A DNA stretch of 36,983 bases from Nemertoderma westbladi (lineage: Eukaryota; Animalia; Xenacoelomorpha): positions 1 to 36,983 of the forward strand of contig JAUCBJ010002903.1 of the NCBI GenBank assembly GCA_032718475.1, in the 5' to 3' direction. This document shows, one piece after another, positions 10,526 to 23,609 of the stretch (the first letter of the stretch is position 1; every line of letters starts with the position of its first letter). The notes below the pieces were generated by a model, which did not search any database, was not told the origin of the DNA, and was given only the letters and a program-made list of their open reading frames with translations. The position numbers and the translations under genes are program-made.

Positions 10526-12169
10526 TAGATGCGAGAAGTGTAAGCGGTGGGAGAAGTTAGTGTCTGAAATGTCTTACACACACAAACAAAATTTAATTTA
10601 TGGCTTAGACTGACTATAATAACAATTTACATATATGATTGTAATTTACAGTGTGCTTATCCGAGTGCTGATTATGTAATATATGTATTTTATTTAAAAC
10701 TTTCAACTTTTCTTTCTAAATGAGACAAGTCACTCGACAAGCACCACAGTTAACATTAACCTCCCAAAACTCAGGTCCCCACTGCGACAAGGCAAATTCA
10801 CCTCATTGGAAGACGAGCTTCGCCTTTGCATAGTGGGGGTTCAAGAACGGGCAAACTGTGAGGTTATAATTGAGGGCATTTTCAGAGTTGGCAAAATGTG
10901 TAATAGATCAATTGATGATTCCAACTGCACCTGTAACACCAAATCGCGTTCTGGAAGAATAGCTCAGAAGTCTCTTTAAGATGGTTCAGATTGATGCTAT
11001 GCACCCATTAGTGTTGCCCCAGTAGAGGAGATAAATTTCTACCACAATCTACAAGCAGCTTCTGATTAGATGCATTCGATCGCAGTTAGTCTACCCAGCG
11101 ATAGTGTCAACCGAATCTCAGTTCAACTTTGGGGTTTTATCTCTGGAAATTAATTATTTTCGCTGCGACCCAATTTAGGGAGCGAACTGGAAAGCTCTGG
11201 ACTCACAGTGGTCATAAGTACCAGATGGATGCGACATGCCATTGGTGACATATTCTTTGACGAAGTCAAGACCATTAGGATCATTTATGAGAGTAAAGTC
11301 GGTGCTGCCCCCCCCCCCCCCTCCCCCCTCTCTCTCTCTCTTTAAAAAACTGGCTGCTTCTAGTGCTGGTCCTTTTGTTAACTCCAGGGTGACCAAAATT
11401 TTGACAGCTACCTTTGGCAGTCCTCAGGAAATATGAAAACATCTGCTACATACATAACCAGTCGATATTAATAATAACGGCGTTAAAGGTAATGTTTTTC
11501 ATTTGATTGAGGTCGTGAAAACTCGTACCTTGCAAAATAACATACATTAGAACAACTAAATGAGACCGCACCATGTAAATATCAGCCCCCACCCTTTATG
11601 TACCCACTTATAACCCATATTCCCAGACCTCTGAGCAAAGAATTAGGAGACGGGATTCACACTGAGGGAAAAAAGGGAGTTTGTTTAAGTTTTTCTCAAA
11701 GTGTGTTCTGGCTCTATACATGGTCACGATATGTGTATTTGTTACATTGACTATTTAATATTAACAGGGCCCTCCCATGTGAAATAGCTAAATTGCACTA
11801 AAGTCAGTTCATACATGAATTTTCAACAATATCTGCAGCTTTCAATTTTCAAATAACTACATAAGCGCTTAAACATAAACTCTTCGGTTAAAAAACAAAC
11901 AGAACATTAACTGTCATCTTAAATAAATGTTCGAAAGAATATCCGTGTAGTGTCTATAAACTCTACGGCTACAATAAACCTAATTTTTGAAGAGTTTAAA
12001 ATAAGAAAATGGCAACTGTGCATTATATAGGGTTTATTGTTATATAATTATCGCCTCTAATTGAATGCCACCCCAAATTAGATGATTTCACACCAAAAAA
12101 ATATTATTTAGCACCAAATATATTTTTTGTAGCACCAATTTACATCCCCCAATTTTGAATATCTCTCTC

Positions 12170-12495
12170 ACCAAAAACAATAATTCATCCCCCAAAAACA
12201 ATTATTCAACCCCCCAAAAACAATTATTCTTTCCCCCAAAAACAATTATTCTTTCCCCCAAAAACAATTATTCTTTCCCCCAAAAACAATAATTCATCCC
12301 CAAAAACAATTATTCAACCCCCTAAAAACAATTATTCTTTCCCCCAAAAACAATTATTCTTTCCCCCAAAAACAATTATTCAACCCCCCAAAACAATTAT
12401 TCAACCCCCCAAAAACAATTATTCATACCTCAAAAACAATTATTCATATTCAATCTCCCTAAAATAACTACTTGTCAACCAAAAACAATTCTTCC
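12170..12495. repeat. ~21-bp minisatellite CCCCAAAAACAATTATTC(TTT/AAC)
   Basis: About 14-15 imperfect tandem copies are visible. Confidence 0.9.
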
Positions 12496-12594
12496 AGCAC
12501 TAAATATTTTATGGGAAATTTATTTATACAAATTCATTCATTATATTTTCATAATTCAAACAAAATGTTTAATCATATTATACCGACGATCCTC

Positions 12595-13562
12595 GGGTGA
12601 GTACAAAACAAAGACCAAAGACCCAAATAATAAAGACCTGCATAATCTTGTAAATTGTGTTTACTTTCGTTTATTGTTTTGGTTCCCGCAAAACGCCTCT
12701 GTAACCTGCTCCTTTACTAACCTGATCATTTAAATCGCAGGGGCCTAACGCTCTTTGAGTCCTAAAGCTCTTTGAGCCTTTACTCGACTTTACCTCTTTG
12801 TTTTGTACAGAACGGGCAGTAAAGTCTTGGGTCTTTGTTTTGTACAGAACGGGCAGTAAAGTCTTTGGTCTTTGTTTTGTACAGAACGGGCAGTAAAGTC
12901 TTGGGACTTTGTTTTATACAGAACGGGCAGTAAAGTCTTGGGTCTTTGGTCTTTGTTTGTACAGAACGGGCAGTAAAGTCTTGGGTCTTTGGTCTTTGTT
13001 TGTACAGAACGGGCAGTAAAGTCTTGGGTCTTTGTTTTGTACAGAACGGGCAGTAAAGTCTTGGGTCTTTGTTTTGTACAGAACGGGCAGTAAAGTCTTG
13101 GGTCTTTGGTCTTTGTTTTGTACAGAACGGCCAGTAAAGTCTTGGGTCTTTGTTTTGTACAGAACGGGCAGTAAAGTCTTGGGTCTTTGGTCTTTGTTTG
13201 TACAGAACGGGCAGTAAAGTCTTGGGTCTTTGGTCTTTGTTTGTACAGAACGGGCAGTAAAGTCTTGGGTCTTTGTTTTGTACAGAACGGGCAGTAAAGT
13301 CTTGGGTCTTTGTTTTGTACAGAACGGGCAGTAAAGTCTTGGGTCTTTCGTCTTTGTTTTGTACAGAACGGGCAGTAAAGTCTTGGGTCTTTGGTCTTTG
13401 TTTTGTACAGAACGGGCAGTAAAGTCTTGGGTCTTTGTTTTGTACAGAACGGGCAGTAAAGTCTTTGGTCTTTGTTTTGTACAGAACGGGCAGTAAAGTC
13501 TTGGGACTTTGTTTTATACAGAACGGGCAGTAAAGTCTTGGGACTTTGTTTTATACTCACCC
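12595..13562. mobile_element. Non-autonomous TIR element, Mutator/Foldback-like, with an internal minisatellite
   Basis: TIRs GGGTGAGTACAAAACAAAG / CTTTGTTTTATACTCACCC, flanked by the direct repeat ACGATCCTC (12586-12594, 13564-13572). A 9-10 bp TSD with G-starting TIRs is typical of MULEs. Confidence 0.75.
12795..13556. repeat. ~37-44-bp minisatellite TTTGTTTTGTACAGAACGGGCAGTAAAGTCTTGGGTC(TTTGGTC), about 19 copies
   Basis: Direct tandem repetition, which also explains the repetitive 256-aa ORF. Confidence 0.96.
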
Positions 13563-13940
13563 AACGATCCTCGTAACAATAGACTGTTAACTAAGAGGAA
13601 AAATTTGCATTTATTTTGGGAAAATTTGTTTTGTCATTTATTTTGGTGTGAATAATTGGTTTGAGGAGCATTTATCTATTTTGGTGTTGAAAAATTTTAT
13701 TTTATTTTATTTATTTTATTTGGTGCTAAATAATTTTTTTGGGGTCACATTATTAAAATTGGTGGTAACACAAATTTTTTTGGTGACATTTTCATCAATT
13801 TTGGTATGACTTTAATTATTGGTAGCCTATAATTATCTACCTATGTTAAAATAGTACCGGTTCATGTAGTATAAATATATTGATATTGCTGTTACAGTGC
13901 TTAGCTACTATGCGTCTATATAATATTAATTATCACCTAC

Positions 13941-14165
13941 ATGTCTCTTCAGCTGTTTAATCTCATTGTTAGCTACGTCTAGGAGCCTCTGTAACTCCAG
14001 ACTGTGTTTCTTTACTCCAGATACCTCCCTCTTTAGTACGTAGTTGGATTCGGCTTCGTTGGCCATGTTCACCTGCCGCTGAATCAGAGTATCGGCCAAT
14101 GAGATCGACTCAGCTTCTAAATTCTCAATTCGTTGACGCAGTAAACGGTTTTCCGTTCTCAGCCG
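13941..14165 (-). CDS. EVI5: EVI5-like exon just C-terminal to the TBC domain, 75 codons (RLRTENRLLRQRIENLEAESISLADTLIQRQV...KQLKRH)
   Basis: Acceptor TGTTTTCTGTTGCAG (AG at 14167-14166), donor CAT|GTAGGT at 13940, phase 0/0. Close match to the EVI5/EVI5L signature RLRTENRLLKQRIETLEKESASLADRLIQGQV. Confidence 0.92.
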
Positions 14166-14334
14166 CTGCAACAGAAAACAGATTTCATAAAGTTTTCATT
14201 AGCACTCCAATTCAAACACTCATTTACATGCGTAGCAGTTGCTATGATGGGGAATTTTTGGTTAAAATAAAAAACATTTCCTAAAGTAACTTATTTAGTC
14301 AGGGTAGCCTTTAGAATGAGTGACAGGGGGGAAA

Positions 14335-15750
14335 AGGGTTGGGGGGAGTGAGGAATTTATTTAGTTCTTAAGATAGTACATAAATTGGCTTAAAGGGTTG
14401 GTGGGAGTGAGGAATTTATTTAGTTCTTAAGATAGTATATAATATGGCTTAAAGGGTTGGTGGGAGTGAGGAATTTATTTAGTTCTTAAGATAGTATATA
14501 ATATGGCTTAAAGGGTTGCTGGGAGTGAGGAATTTATTTAGTTCTTAAGATAGTACATAATATGGCTTAAAGGGTTGCTGGGAGTGAGGAATTTATTTAG
14601 TTCTTAAGATAGTACATAATATGGCTTAAAGGGTTGCTGGGAGTGAGGAATTTATTTAGTTCTTAAGATAGTACATAATATGGCTTAAAGGGTTGCTGGG
14701 AGTGAGGAATTTATTTAGTTCTTAAGATAGTACATAATATGGCTTAAAGGGTTGCTGGGAGTGAGGAATTTATTTAGTTCTTAAGATAGTACATAATATG
14801 GCTTAAAGGGTTGGCGGGAGTGAGGAATTTATCTAGTTCTTAAGATAGTATATAATATGGCTTAAAGGGTTGGTGGGAGTGAGGAATTTGTTTAGTTCTT
14901 AAGATAGTATATAATATGGCTTAAAGGGTTGGTGGGAGTGAGGAATTTGTTTAGTTCTTAAGATAGTACATAATATGGCTTAAAGGGTTGGTGGGAGTGA
15001 GGAATTTGTTTAGTTCTTAAGATAGTACATAATATGGCTTAAAGGGTTGGTGGGAGTGAGGAATTTATTTAGTTCTTAAGATAGTATATAATATGGCTTA
15101 AAGGGTTGCTGGGAGTGAGGAATTTATTTAGTTCTTAAGATAGTATATAATATGGCTTAAAGGGTTGGTGGGAGTGAGGAATTTGTTTAGTTCTTAAGAT
15201 AGTACATAATATGGCTTAAAGGGTTGGTGGGAGTGAGGAATTTATTTAGTTCTTAAGATAGTATATAATATGGCTTAAAGGGTTGCTGGGAGTGAGGAAT
15301 TTATTTAGTTCTTAAGATAGTACATAATATGGCTTAAAGGGTTGCTGGGAGTGAGGAATTTATTTAGTTCTTAAGATAGTACATAATATGGCTTAAAGGG
15401 TTGCTGGGAGTGAGGAATTTATTTAGTTCTTAAGATAGTACATAATATGGCTTAAAGGGTTGCTGGGAGTGAGGAATTTATTTAGTTCTTAAGATAGTAC
15501 ATAATATGGCTTAAAGGGTTGGTGGGAGTGAGGAATTTATTTAGCTCTTAAGATAGTACATAATATGGCTTAAAGGGTTGGTGGGAGTGAGGAATTTATT
15601 TAGTTCTTAAGATAGTACATAATATGGCTTAAAGGGTTGGTGGGAGTGAGGAATTTATTTAGCTCTTAAGATAGTACATAATATGGCTTAAAGGGTTGCT
15701 GGGAGTGAGGAATTTATTTAGTTCTTAAGATAGTACATAATGTGGCTTAA
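14335..15750. repeat. 59-bp satellite, ~24 copies
   Basis: Unit GGCTTAAAGGGTTG(G/C)TGGGAGTGAGGAATTTATTTAGTTCTTAAGATAGTA(C/T)ATAATAT, highly homogeneous. Confidence 0.98.
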
Positions 15751-17624
15751 AAACTAAGTTATTTTAAAATGGATGATATTTCATCTATTGGTTAATTAAC
15801 AACATTATATTTTATTGTGATTGGTTGAATACCTACCATATTAGCTGAAGTAGCCAGTATTAGCCTAATAATTTAAATAATTTAATTGTATTTTATGCAA
15901 ATCCACATCAACTTCGACACATCAACATAGATATTAAGCAATACGTGTGGAGGAATATAAATTTTCAAATCATTTAAAAGTTGTGTGCATTGTAGAGAGC
16001 AAAAAAGTTATTGGCCATATTATATCCATGTTGCTGAACCTTTCAAACAAAACTTTTCAATTCGTTATTTGAATGATCTTAGCGCGAAGCTTATTAATAA
16101 TAAGTTAAGTAATTAGCAAATAGAAACAGGACTTCACTCAAATTCCATCTCGTCGAGCGAATTAAAATCTCTAATCAATGACATCAATGGGAAAGGAGCA
16201 ATATCAGTGGTGTGATCAAAAGATTGGAACAACACCACTCAACTAATCATAACACTGTGAAAGATGAATCATTCCCGTAGCTGTGTTTTTGTGTTTATTT
16301 ATGAACGTTGGCGGTTATTTTTATTCTAATAATAATTATCGTGCCAACTGTTTTGTTGGGAAGTTTGGACTCAAATAAGCAAATGGGACATTACAGGGTC
16401 ACTTCCCACTGTCTCAAATTTTCCCAACTTTCGCTTACACGGTATGGTTGAGAGAGGTCAGATCAACAGATATCGAGATAAAGCCTGGCAAATGGAGTGA
16501 GAATTCAGAAAAACAAGCAAATTTGTTTGAAACAATTTAATCCCAAAACAAAATTTTGATACATTTCACATCTTGAAAACATGTCACCCGAAATTGTCAA
16601 GAAAACTTTTTACAGATTAAAATTTCATTGGGCCCACCCATAATTCATCAACCATATTTATGCCGAAAATTTCAAAATTAGTTTAGGCCAATTTTGGTAA
16701 GAATCACCACTCAGTGGCACGTAATTCTAACCAAAACAATAAACGAAAGTCAGTGAACAGATTTACTTTTGAGAGTTCTCAGCTCTTATTTACGTCAATT
16801 TTCCCTTGAGATAAGGATGAAATTCGATTTCATCGAAATTCTACCTGTGTAAATATGACAATTACAGCAATATGATTATTATGTTAACCAGCATTTCTCA
16901 CAGTTGACACCATAAACGGGTTTAAGAAAGTACCCGGTCGGATTTTCCGATAGAAATTTAGTGAGGTATTTAAGAAATAGTATTTTTAACACCTTAAAAT
17001 TTGGGCCTAGAAAATATGGATTTAAATACTGTTGCAATTCGTCCAAGGTTGGAGCCAATTTTTCCGCCTATATTCACAGGACCTATAATTGACTGTTATT
17101 TGCGACGATTTTCCTCTGGGATCTAGATTTTCTAGAAATTTGGCAAATACGGCTGGCGGTCTTTGTTGTACTATTTCTAATTTCTTACGGCCAGGATTTA
17201 GTAAGAATTTTTTTTACCCCTTCAAAAGAAAATTGAATTTTTGCAGTAATTGACTTTTGCCGAAGAAACAATAAACATGTTCAGTTATGCATTTTTCAAA
17301 CATAGTGAGTGCAATCTGTCGTTAAATGAAAAACTATAAATAACTTTTCAAACGAATTACAATTTCAGATGTCGGCAGAATTAAAAAGAATATAAAGGCC
17401 ATTCTACAACAAAACGCATAATATAAATAACTACAATTAATTATGTAACATTTGAAATCAACATATGTCTACTGTGCAGAAGTATCTATTCGCGATGGGT
17501 CTCTTAGGGCCTTCCAATGAAAACCTAAAAGTCCAGTGAGTCTATTAACACTAATTTTAGTGATAGAGAAATGTGCTTCACAATTTAAATGTTTATTAAT
17601 TTTCTGACTCGAAGTTTCTGATTT

Positions 17625-19121
17625 TCATCTTCGTTCAGCGCAAATCTCGTAATCCTGGGGAGAAAGTGTGACGCCAATGCGGAATGTTGTTGGTGGAGAC
17701 TCATTGCCTTCGGTAACACTGAAGCGGAATTGGTGCATTAGAGTCGTGAAAAATATATACAATTCAGATCTCGCCAATTTTTCACCTAAACAAACACGAG
17801 GACCGAGTCCAAAAGGTATAAATGATTCAACTGAAATTGATTTTCCTTCTTCATCAATAAATCTATTTGGATCAAATTTCATTGGGTCTTTCCATTCATC
17901 GTTGAAACACAAGCCGTAAATGCTATAAGAAATAAGAATACCTTTTGGTACATCAAAATGACCAACCTTAAATGTTGTACCAACTTCATGGGCTATAGGT
18001 GCCGGTACAATGCACCCCCTTCTAAGTGTTTCTTGAAGAACAGCATTAATGTATACCAATTGATCTTTATCAGAAGGAAGTGGCAAGCGGTTTCTACCAA
18101 CTACTCTATCAATCTCTTCATGCACCTTAACTTGAACTTCGGGATTTAAAATCATAAACAAAAGAGCCCAGTACAAGGCATTGCTTGTCGTTTCACTTCC
18201 TGCAAAGAACAGCTCGCGAACTGTCGATATGATACTAAACTCATTGAAAACATCGTCAGCAAATCCACGTTTACTTTCTTCTACAAGATACGCATCTATT
18301 AAGTCGCTTATACAATTTTCATCAAATACATTCCTATGACGATCAATCTCTTCTTTAGCGAATCGATCAATATCTTTAGTGAGAAGATATACCTTATTTG
18401 CGGCGGTTCCGGGAATATTGATAAACCAAGTTGTTAATAATGTTGGCGATTGATTTGCTACAGATTGGGTAAACTCGTCAAGGTTGTGCAATTGATTTAT
18501 AAATTTATCATCATCGTATTCATATCTGTGGCCAAAGATAAACCCACAAATGATATTGGAAACCGCTGATACAAGAAGTAACCTTGGATTAAACGGCTGC
18601 TTTTCTTTCGGAATAAATTCGGTAAGTATTCGAGCCTCATCTATTATTCTTTCTTCCATGCGATTTTTTCCTAATCCCAAATCACGCATCACAGATAAGG
18701 TAAACCGCCTTGTCTCCCTCCAGACGCGTCCACTGGAATTAAGCAATCCAACAGTATTACCCCTTTTTTTATCATAAGAAACATAATTAAAAACACAGAA
18801 TTTCGACATTCTATCACTGGTTTTAGACCCTTGAGTCACAAAAGCATTCTTTATATCTTTATATTCGAGCATATGCATGAACTCTATGTTAAGGAAACGA
18901 AGTCGAAAAATGCTTCCATATGTTTTCCCCATGTTTACCATTGCCTGGTAAAAGTTACTTCCTTCTTTCCATGACTCCCTCATTAGCCGTGGGTCAAACA
19001 AAGGCAACATGAATCGGGGCATGGGTGGCAACCTCAGTCCACGGTGTTTGTCAGTTAATCGCAGATATGTAAAAATTAAAAAGAAAATAAAAATACCAAA
19101 ATATATTAATATATCCGTCAT
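17625..19121 (-). CDS. Cytochrome P450, CYP2 clan, copy 1 (498 aa, intronless)
   Basis: N-terminal anchor, Pro-rich hinge LPPMP, WRETR, I-helix AGSETT, ETLR, FDPNRF, heme motif FGLGPRVCLG. Confidence 0.97.
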   Translation of the reverse strand: MTDILIYFGIFIFFLIFTYLRLTDKHRGLRLPPMPRFMLPLFDPRLMRESWKEGSNFYQAMVNMGKTYGSIFRLRFLNIEFMHMLEYKDIKNAFVTQGSKTSDRMSKFCVFNYVSYDKKRGNTVGLLNSSGRVWRETRRFTLSVMRDLGLGKNRMEERIIDEARILTEFIPKEKQPFNPRLLLVSAVSNIICGFIFGHRYEYDDDKFINQLHNLDEFTQSVANQSPTLLTTWFINIPGTAANKVYLLTKDIDRFAKEEIDRHRNVFDENCISDLIDAYLVEESKRGFADDVFNEFSIISTVRELFFAGSETTSNALYWALLFMILNPEVQVKVHEEIDRVVGRNRLPLPSDKDQLVYINAVLQETLRRGCIVPAPIAHEVGTTFKVGHFDVPKGILISYSIYGLCFNDEWKDPMKFDPNRFIDEEGKSISVESFIPFGLGPRVCLGEKLARSELYIFFTTLMHQFRFSVTEGNESPPTTFRIGVTLSPQDYEICAERR

Positions 19122-19267
19122 TATAGCAGTTTAGTCGTAAACTAACTATAGCAAATTAAGCCAAATATTATTATTCTCCAAAGCAAAAATGATCTGATGA
19201 TTATGATCGGTATACTACACTAAGGTGCAGTGATGGCGGACCCAACAAAGCCCCCCCCCCCCCCCCC

Positions 19268-20297
19268 CCCCCCAGATCTCATGGTCAGCCGTACAGTACT
19301 GTACCGTTAGACCTAGCAACTTAACACGCACCCCCAGATCTCACGGTCAGCCGTACAGTACAGTACCGTTAGACCTACCAACTTAACACGCACCCCCAGA
19401 TCTCACGGTCAGCCGTACAGTACAGTACCGTTAGACCTACCAACTTAACACGCACCCCAGATCTCACGGTCAGCCGTACAGTACTGTACAGTTAGACCTA
19501 GCAACTTAACACGCACCCCCAGATCTCACGGTCAGCCGTACAGTACTGTACCGTTAGACCTAGCAACTTAACACGCACCCCCAGATCTCACGGTCAGCCG
19601 TACAGTACAGTACCGTTAGACCTAGCAACTTAACACGCACCCCCAGATCTCACGGTCAGCCGTAGTGTACAGTACCGATAGACCTAGCAGCATAGCACGC
19701 ACCCCCAGATCTCACGATCAGCCGTACAGTACAGTACCGTTAGACCTACCAACTTAACACGCACCCCCAGATCTCACGATCAGCCGTACAGTACAGTACC
19801 GTTAGACCTACCAACTTAACACGCACCCCCAGATCTCACGGTCAGCCGTACAGTACAGTAGGCCTACCGTTAGACCTAGCAACTTAACACGCACCCCCAG
19901 ATCTCACGGTCAGCCGTAGTGTACAGTACCGATAGACCTAGCAGCATAGCACGCACCCCCAGATCTCACGATCAGCCGTACAGTACTGTACCGTTAGACC
20001 TAGCAACTTAACACGCACCCCCAGATCTCACGGTCAGCCGTACAGTACAGTACCGTTAGACCTAGCAACTTAACACGCACCCCCAGATCTCACGGTCAGC
20101 CGTACAGTGTACGTACAGTACAGTACCGTTAGACCTAGCAACTTAACACGCACCCCCAGATCTCACGGTCAGCCGTACAGTACAGTACCGTTAGACCTAG
20201 CAACTTAACACGCACCCCCAGATCTCACGGTCAGCCGTAGAGTACAGTACCGATAGACCTAGCAGCATAGCACGCACCCCCAGATCTCATGGTCAAC
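19268..20297. repeat. 62-bp satellite, ~16 copies, starting ~150 bp upstream of CYP copy 1
   Basis: Unit CCCCCAGATCTCACGGTCAGCCGTACAGTACAGTACCGTTAGACCTAGCAACTTAACACGCA. A 2-3 copy remnant lies at ~24535-24705. Confidence 0.97.
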
Positions 20298-22106
20298 CAT
20301 ACACTTTCCCTTTTCATCCCCGTTCTCAAGCCTAGTGTCCTTGAGGGAGCAAGAGTTTGAGAAAATAATTTGTGGTTGATCTGATTCTTGTCTAATACAT
20401 CGAAATTCCGTAAACTAAATGTAGAAAGCTATAATTAGAAAAAAAATAATATCATTTTATTTGAAAAAGGCTCTTTTTCTCACTAATATTTTGAAAATTG
20501 AGTTTAATTAAGCTAACTTTTTTTCATTAATTTCCAGGTATTTTTTTAACTAATTTTTACTTTTTTAAATTAATTTTTTACTTTTTTTAAACTAACTTTT
20601 TACTTTTTTAACTATTTTTTTTTATTTAATCAACTATTTACTACACAATATAATCAAATTGATACATACTTTCATATAATTGAGTAAGTTCCTGGTACAT
20701 AATGATTATATAATGTAGACAGAAGCTTGTCGGGTAGCTTACTGTACAGCTAGCTCACACAATATTCTAAATTAAATTAATTCATTAATTAAATTAATCT
20801 TCACAATTAAAATATAGTAATATTATACGTCGTAAACAATGATAACACTGGTGATATTTTTTTTCAACTAAAACAATATATTCAATATAAAAACGTAACG
20901 GAAAACATTATTTTCCACTCATTTTCTTTAGCGAAATTCAGATGTTCTTCTGCCCTCGTGTGTTGAGTTAGCCACTCGTTGGCATTTTAACAATCGCTTC
21001 GCTCGTGCTAAAAACCTTCCAACTTTTGTAAAAACTCAACCACTCGGACACGAATTTCGCTATATTGAAAATGAGTGAAAAAAGCGGTGTTATCCGCTTA
21101 CTTTTTTTTTTATAGAATAATAGCCCTTTTATGTATTGGGTTTTGTGGGGTCTGTTAGTGTGCCATACACTGAAAAATAACAAACCAAGGCATTGACCAA
21201 ATTGAATAATTTTTGATATGTGGCTTAATTGACAACCACCTGTTTTTATAACAGGTGGTTATAAAAAAAATTTTGTTACATATTTATAATAATTTAGTGG
21301 TACTTAGTACCCCAAAATCAATAACTTTCACTAAAAAAACACACTCCTCCAAAAAAATGACTTTTGTTTAATGATATTTCGTAAATATCATTAAGAAGCA
21401 GTATTGAACAAGTCTCTGCCCAAATTTCATAATATTCAATATTTTTAATAATATTTATCATCAAAGTTATTAATTTTTAATATTTTCAAAATACATTTCG
21501 ATGCCAATAAAATAAGATTTCCAAAAAGGGTTCCTATTGACCAAAAGCCAAATGTAATCGAAAAAATTCGATAATTGGTTTATAAATGGCGGAGGAGTAG
21601 TAGGAAAATGAAAAATGGCATTCTGAGATAATTGCCTTCATAGTTAAACCTTCCCGGGCAAAACTACCATTCTGGGGTCTGGTTGGTTAATAATGTTTGG
21701 CACATAGAAACCACACATTCGAGCTAAGTTTTAAATTACGGGCGTTTTCGGGGTCACTGATTTAATTTGCGATGTCAGATTTAATGTTTAGAGGAATCTA
21801 GTCTGTCTTTCTGTTGGTCTGTCTGTCGGTCGGTCTTGCTTTTAACGGGCGGACAGACAAGAAGAAAGTCAGACAACTATAACTCGGAAACTAAAACATA
21901 TCTCGCCCTTTTCGGACTTGAAATCCTCATTCAAAATCTGCTCTTGATGAAATAAACAAACAAAAAATCAGAGATTTTTAAAAAAGTATAGCCCCCACCC
22001 CCCCTTCCCTTATAAGCATTAATTTTATACGCAAAATAAAATAGATATATATTAGTTCTCTATCTTGTCTAAAATTTCTGGTAAGTTCTGAGTCTACATG
22101 GCAGAA

Positions 22107-23609
22107 TCATCTTTGTTCAGCAGAAATCTCGTAATCCTGGGGAGAAAGTGTACCTCCAAAGCGGAATGTTGTTGGTGGAGACTCATTGCCTTCGGGAACA
22201 CTGAAGCGGAATTGGTGCATTAGAGTCGTGAAAAATATATACAATTCAGATCTCGCCAATTTTTCACCTAAACAAACACGAGGACCGAGTCCAAAGGGTA
22301 TAAATGATTCAACTGAAATTGATTTTCCTTCTTCATCAATAAATCTATTTGGATCAAATTTCATTGGGTCTTTCCATTCATCGTTGAAACACAAGCCGTA
22401 AATGCTATAAGAAAGAAGTGCGTCTTTGGGTATATCAAAATCACCAACACTAAATGTTGAGCTCACTTCATGGATTAAAGGTTCTGGTGCAATGCACCCC
22501 CTTCTAAGTGTTTCTTGAAGAACAGCATTAATGTATACCAATTGATCTTTATCAGAAGGAAGTGGCAAGCGGTTTCTACCAACTACTCTATCAATCTCTT
22601 CATGCACCTTAACTTGAACTTCGGGATTTAAAATCATAAACAAAAGAGCCCAGTACAAGGCATTGCTTGTCGTTTCACTTCCTGCAAAGAACAGCTCGCG
22701 AACTGTCGATATGATACTAAACTCATTGAAAACATCGTCAGCAAATCCACGTTTACTTTCTTCTACAAGATACGCATCTATTAAGTCGCTTATACAATTT
22801 TCATCAAATACATTCCTATGACGATCAATCTCTTCTTTAGCGAATCGATCAATCTCTTTAGTGAGAAGATATACCTTATTTGCGGCAGTTCCAGGAATGT
22901 TGATAAACCAAGATGTAAATAATGTTGGCGATTGCTGTGCTGAAGATGTAACAAACTGGTCAAGGATGTGCAATTGATTTATAAATTTATCATCATCGTA
23001 TTCAAATCTGTGGCCAAAGATAAACCCACAAATGATATTGGAAACCGCTGATACAAGAAGTAACCTTGGATTAAACGGCTGCTTTTCTTTCGGAATAAAT
23101 TCGGTAAGTATTCGAGCCTCATCTATTATTCTTTCTTCCATGCGATTTTTTCCTAATCCCAAATCACGCATCACAGATAAGGTAAACCGCCTTGTCTCCC
23201 TCCAGACGCGTCCACTGGAATTAAGCAATCCAACAGTATTACCCCTCTTTTTATCATAAGAAACATAATTAAAAACATCGAATTTCGACATTCTATCACT
23301 TGTTTTAGACCCTTGAGTCACAAAAGCATTCTTTATATCTTTATATTCGAGCATATTCATGAACTCTATGTTAAGGAAACGAAGTCGCAATATGCTTCCA
23401 TATGTTTTCCCCATGTTTACCATTGCTTGATGAATGTTATTTCTCTCTTTCCATATCTCCCTCATTAGCCGTGGGTCAAACAAAGGCCACATGAATCGGG
23501 GCATGGGTGGCAACCTCAGTCCACGGTGTTTGTCAGTTAATCGCAGATATGTAAAAATGAAAATGAAGATAAAAATAGCTAAATATATGAATATATCAGC
23601 TGTCATCAT
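22107..23609 (-). CDS. Cytochrome P450, CYP2 clan, copy 2 (500 aa, intronless)
   Basis: Same P450 motifs as copy 1, with an intact ORF. Confidence 0.97.
   Translation of the reverse strand: MMTADIFIYLAIFIFIFIFTYLRLTDKHRGLRLPPMPRFMWPLFDPRLMREIWKERNNIHQAMVNMGKTYGSILRLRFLNIEFMNMLEYKDIKNAFVTQGSKTSDRMSKFDVFNYVSYDKKRGNTVGLLNSSGRVWRETRRFTLSVMRDLGLGKNRMEERIIDEARILTEFIPKEKQPFNPRLLLVSAVSNIICGFIFGHRFEYDDDKFINQLHILDQFVTSSAQQSPTLFTSWFINIPGTAANKVYLLTKEIDRFAKEEIDRHRNVFDENCISDLIDAYLVEESKRGFADDVFNEFSIISTVRELFFAGSETTSNALYWALLFMILNPEVQVKVHEEIDRVVGRNRLPLPSDKDQLVYINAVLQETLRRGCIAPEPLIHEVSSTFSVGDFDIPKDALLSYSIYGLCFNDEWKDPMKFDPNRFIDEEGKSISVESFIPFGLGPRVCLGEKLARSELYIFFTTLMHQFRFSVPEGNESPPTTFRFGGTLSPQDYEISAEQR

Larger units (their letters stand above)
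12043..13836. mobile_element. Degenerate foldback-like element with long imperfect inverted arms
   Basis: The left arm is rich in CACCAAAAAAA..ATTTAGCACCAAATA and the right arm in its complement TATTTGGTGCTAAATAATTTTTTGG. Both ends carry ATAATTAT. Confidence 0.5.

Noticed and set aside
12790-13560. 256-aa ORF with repeated YCPFC, superficially zinc-finger-like
   Set aside because: It is the translation of a minisatellite cycling through three frames inside a TIR element. It lacks His/Cys partners and a convincing start.
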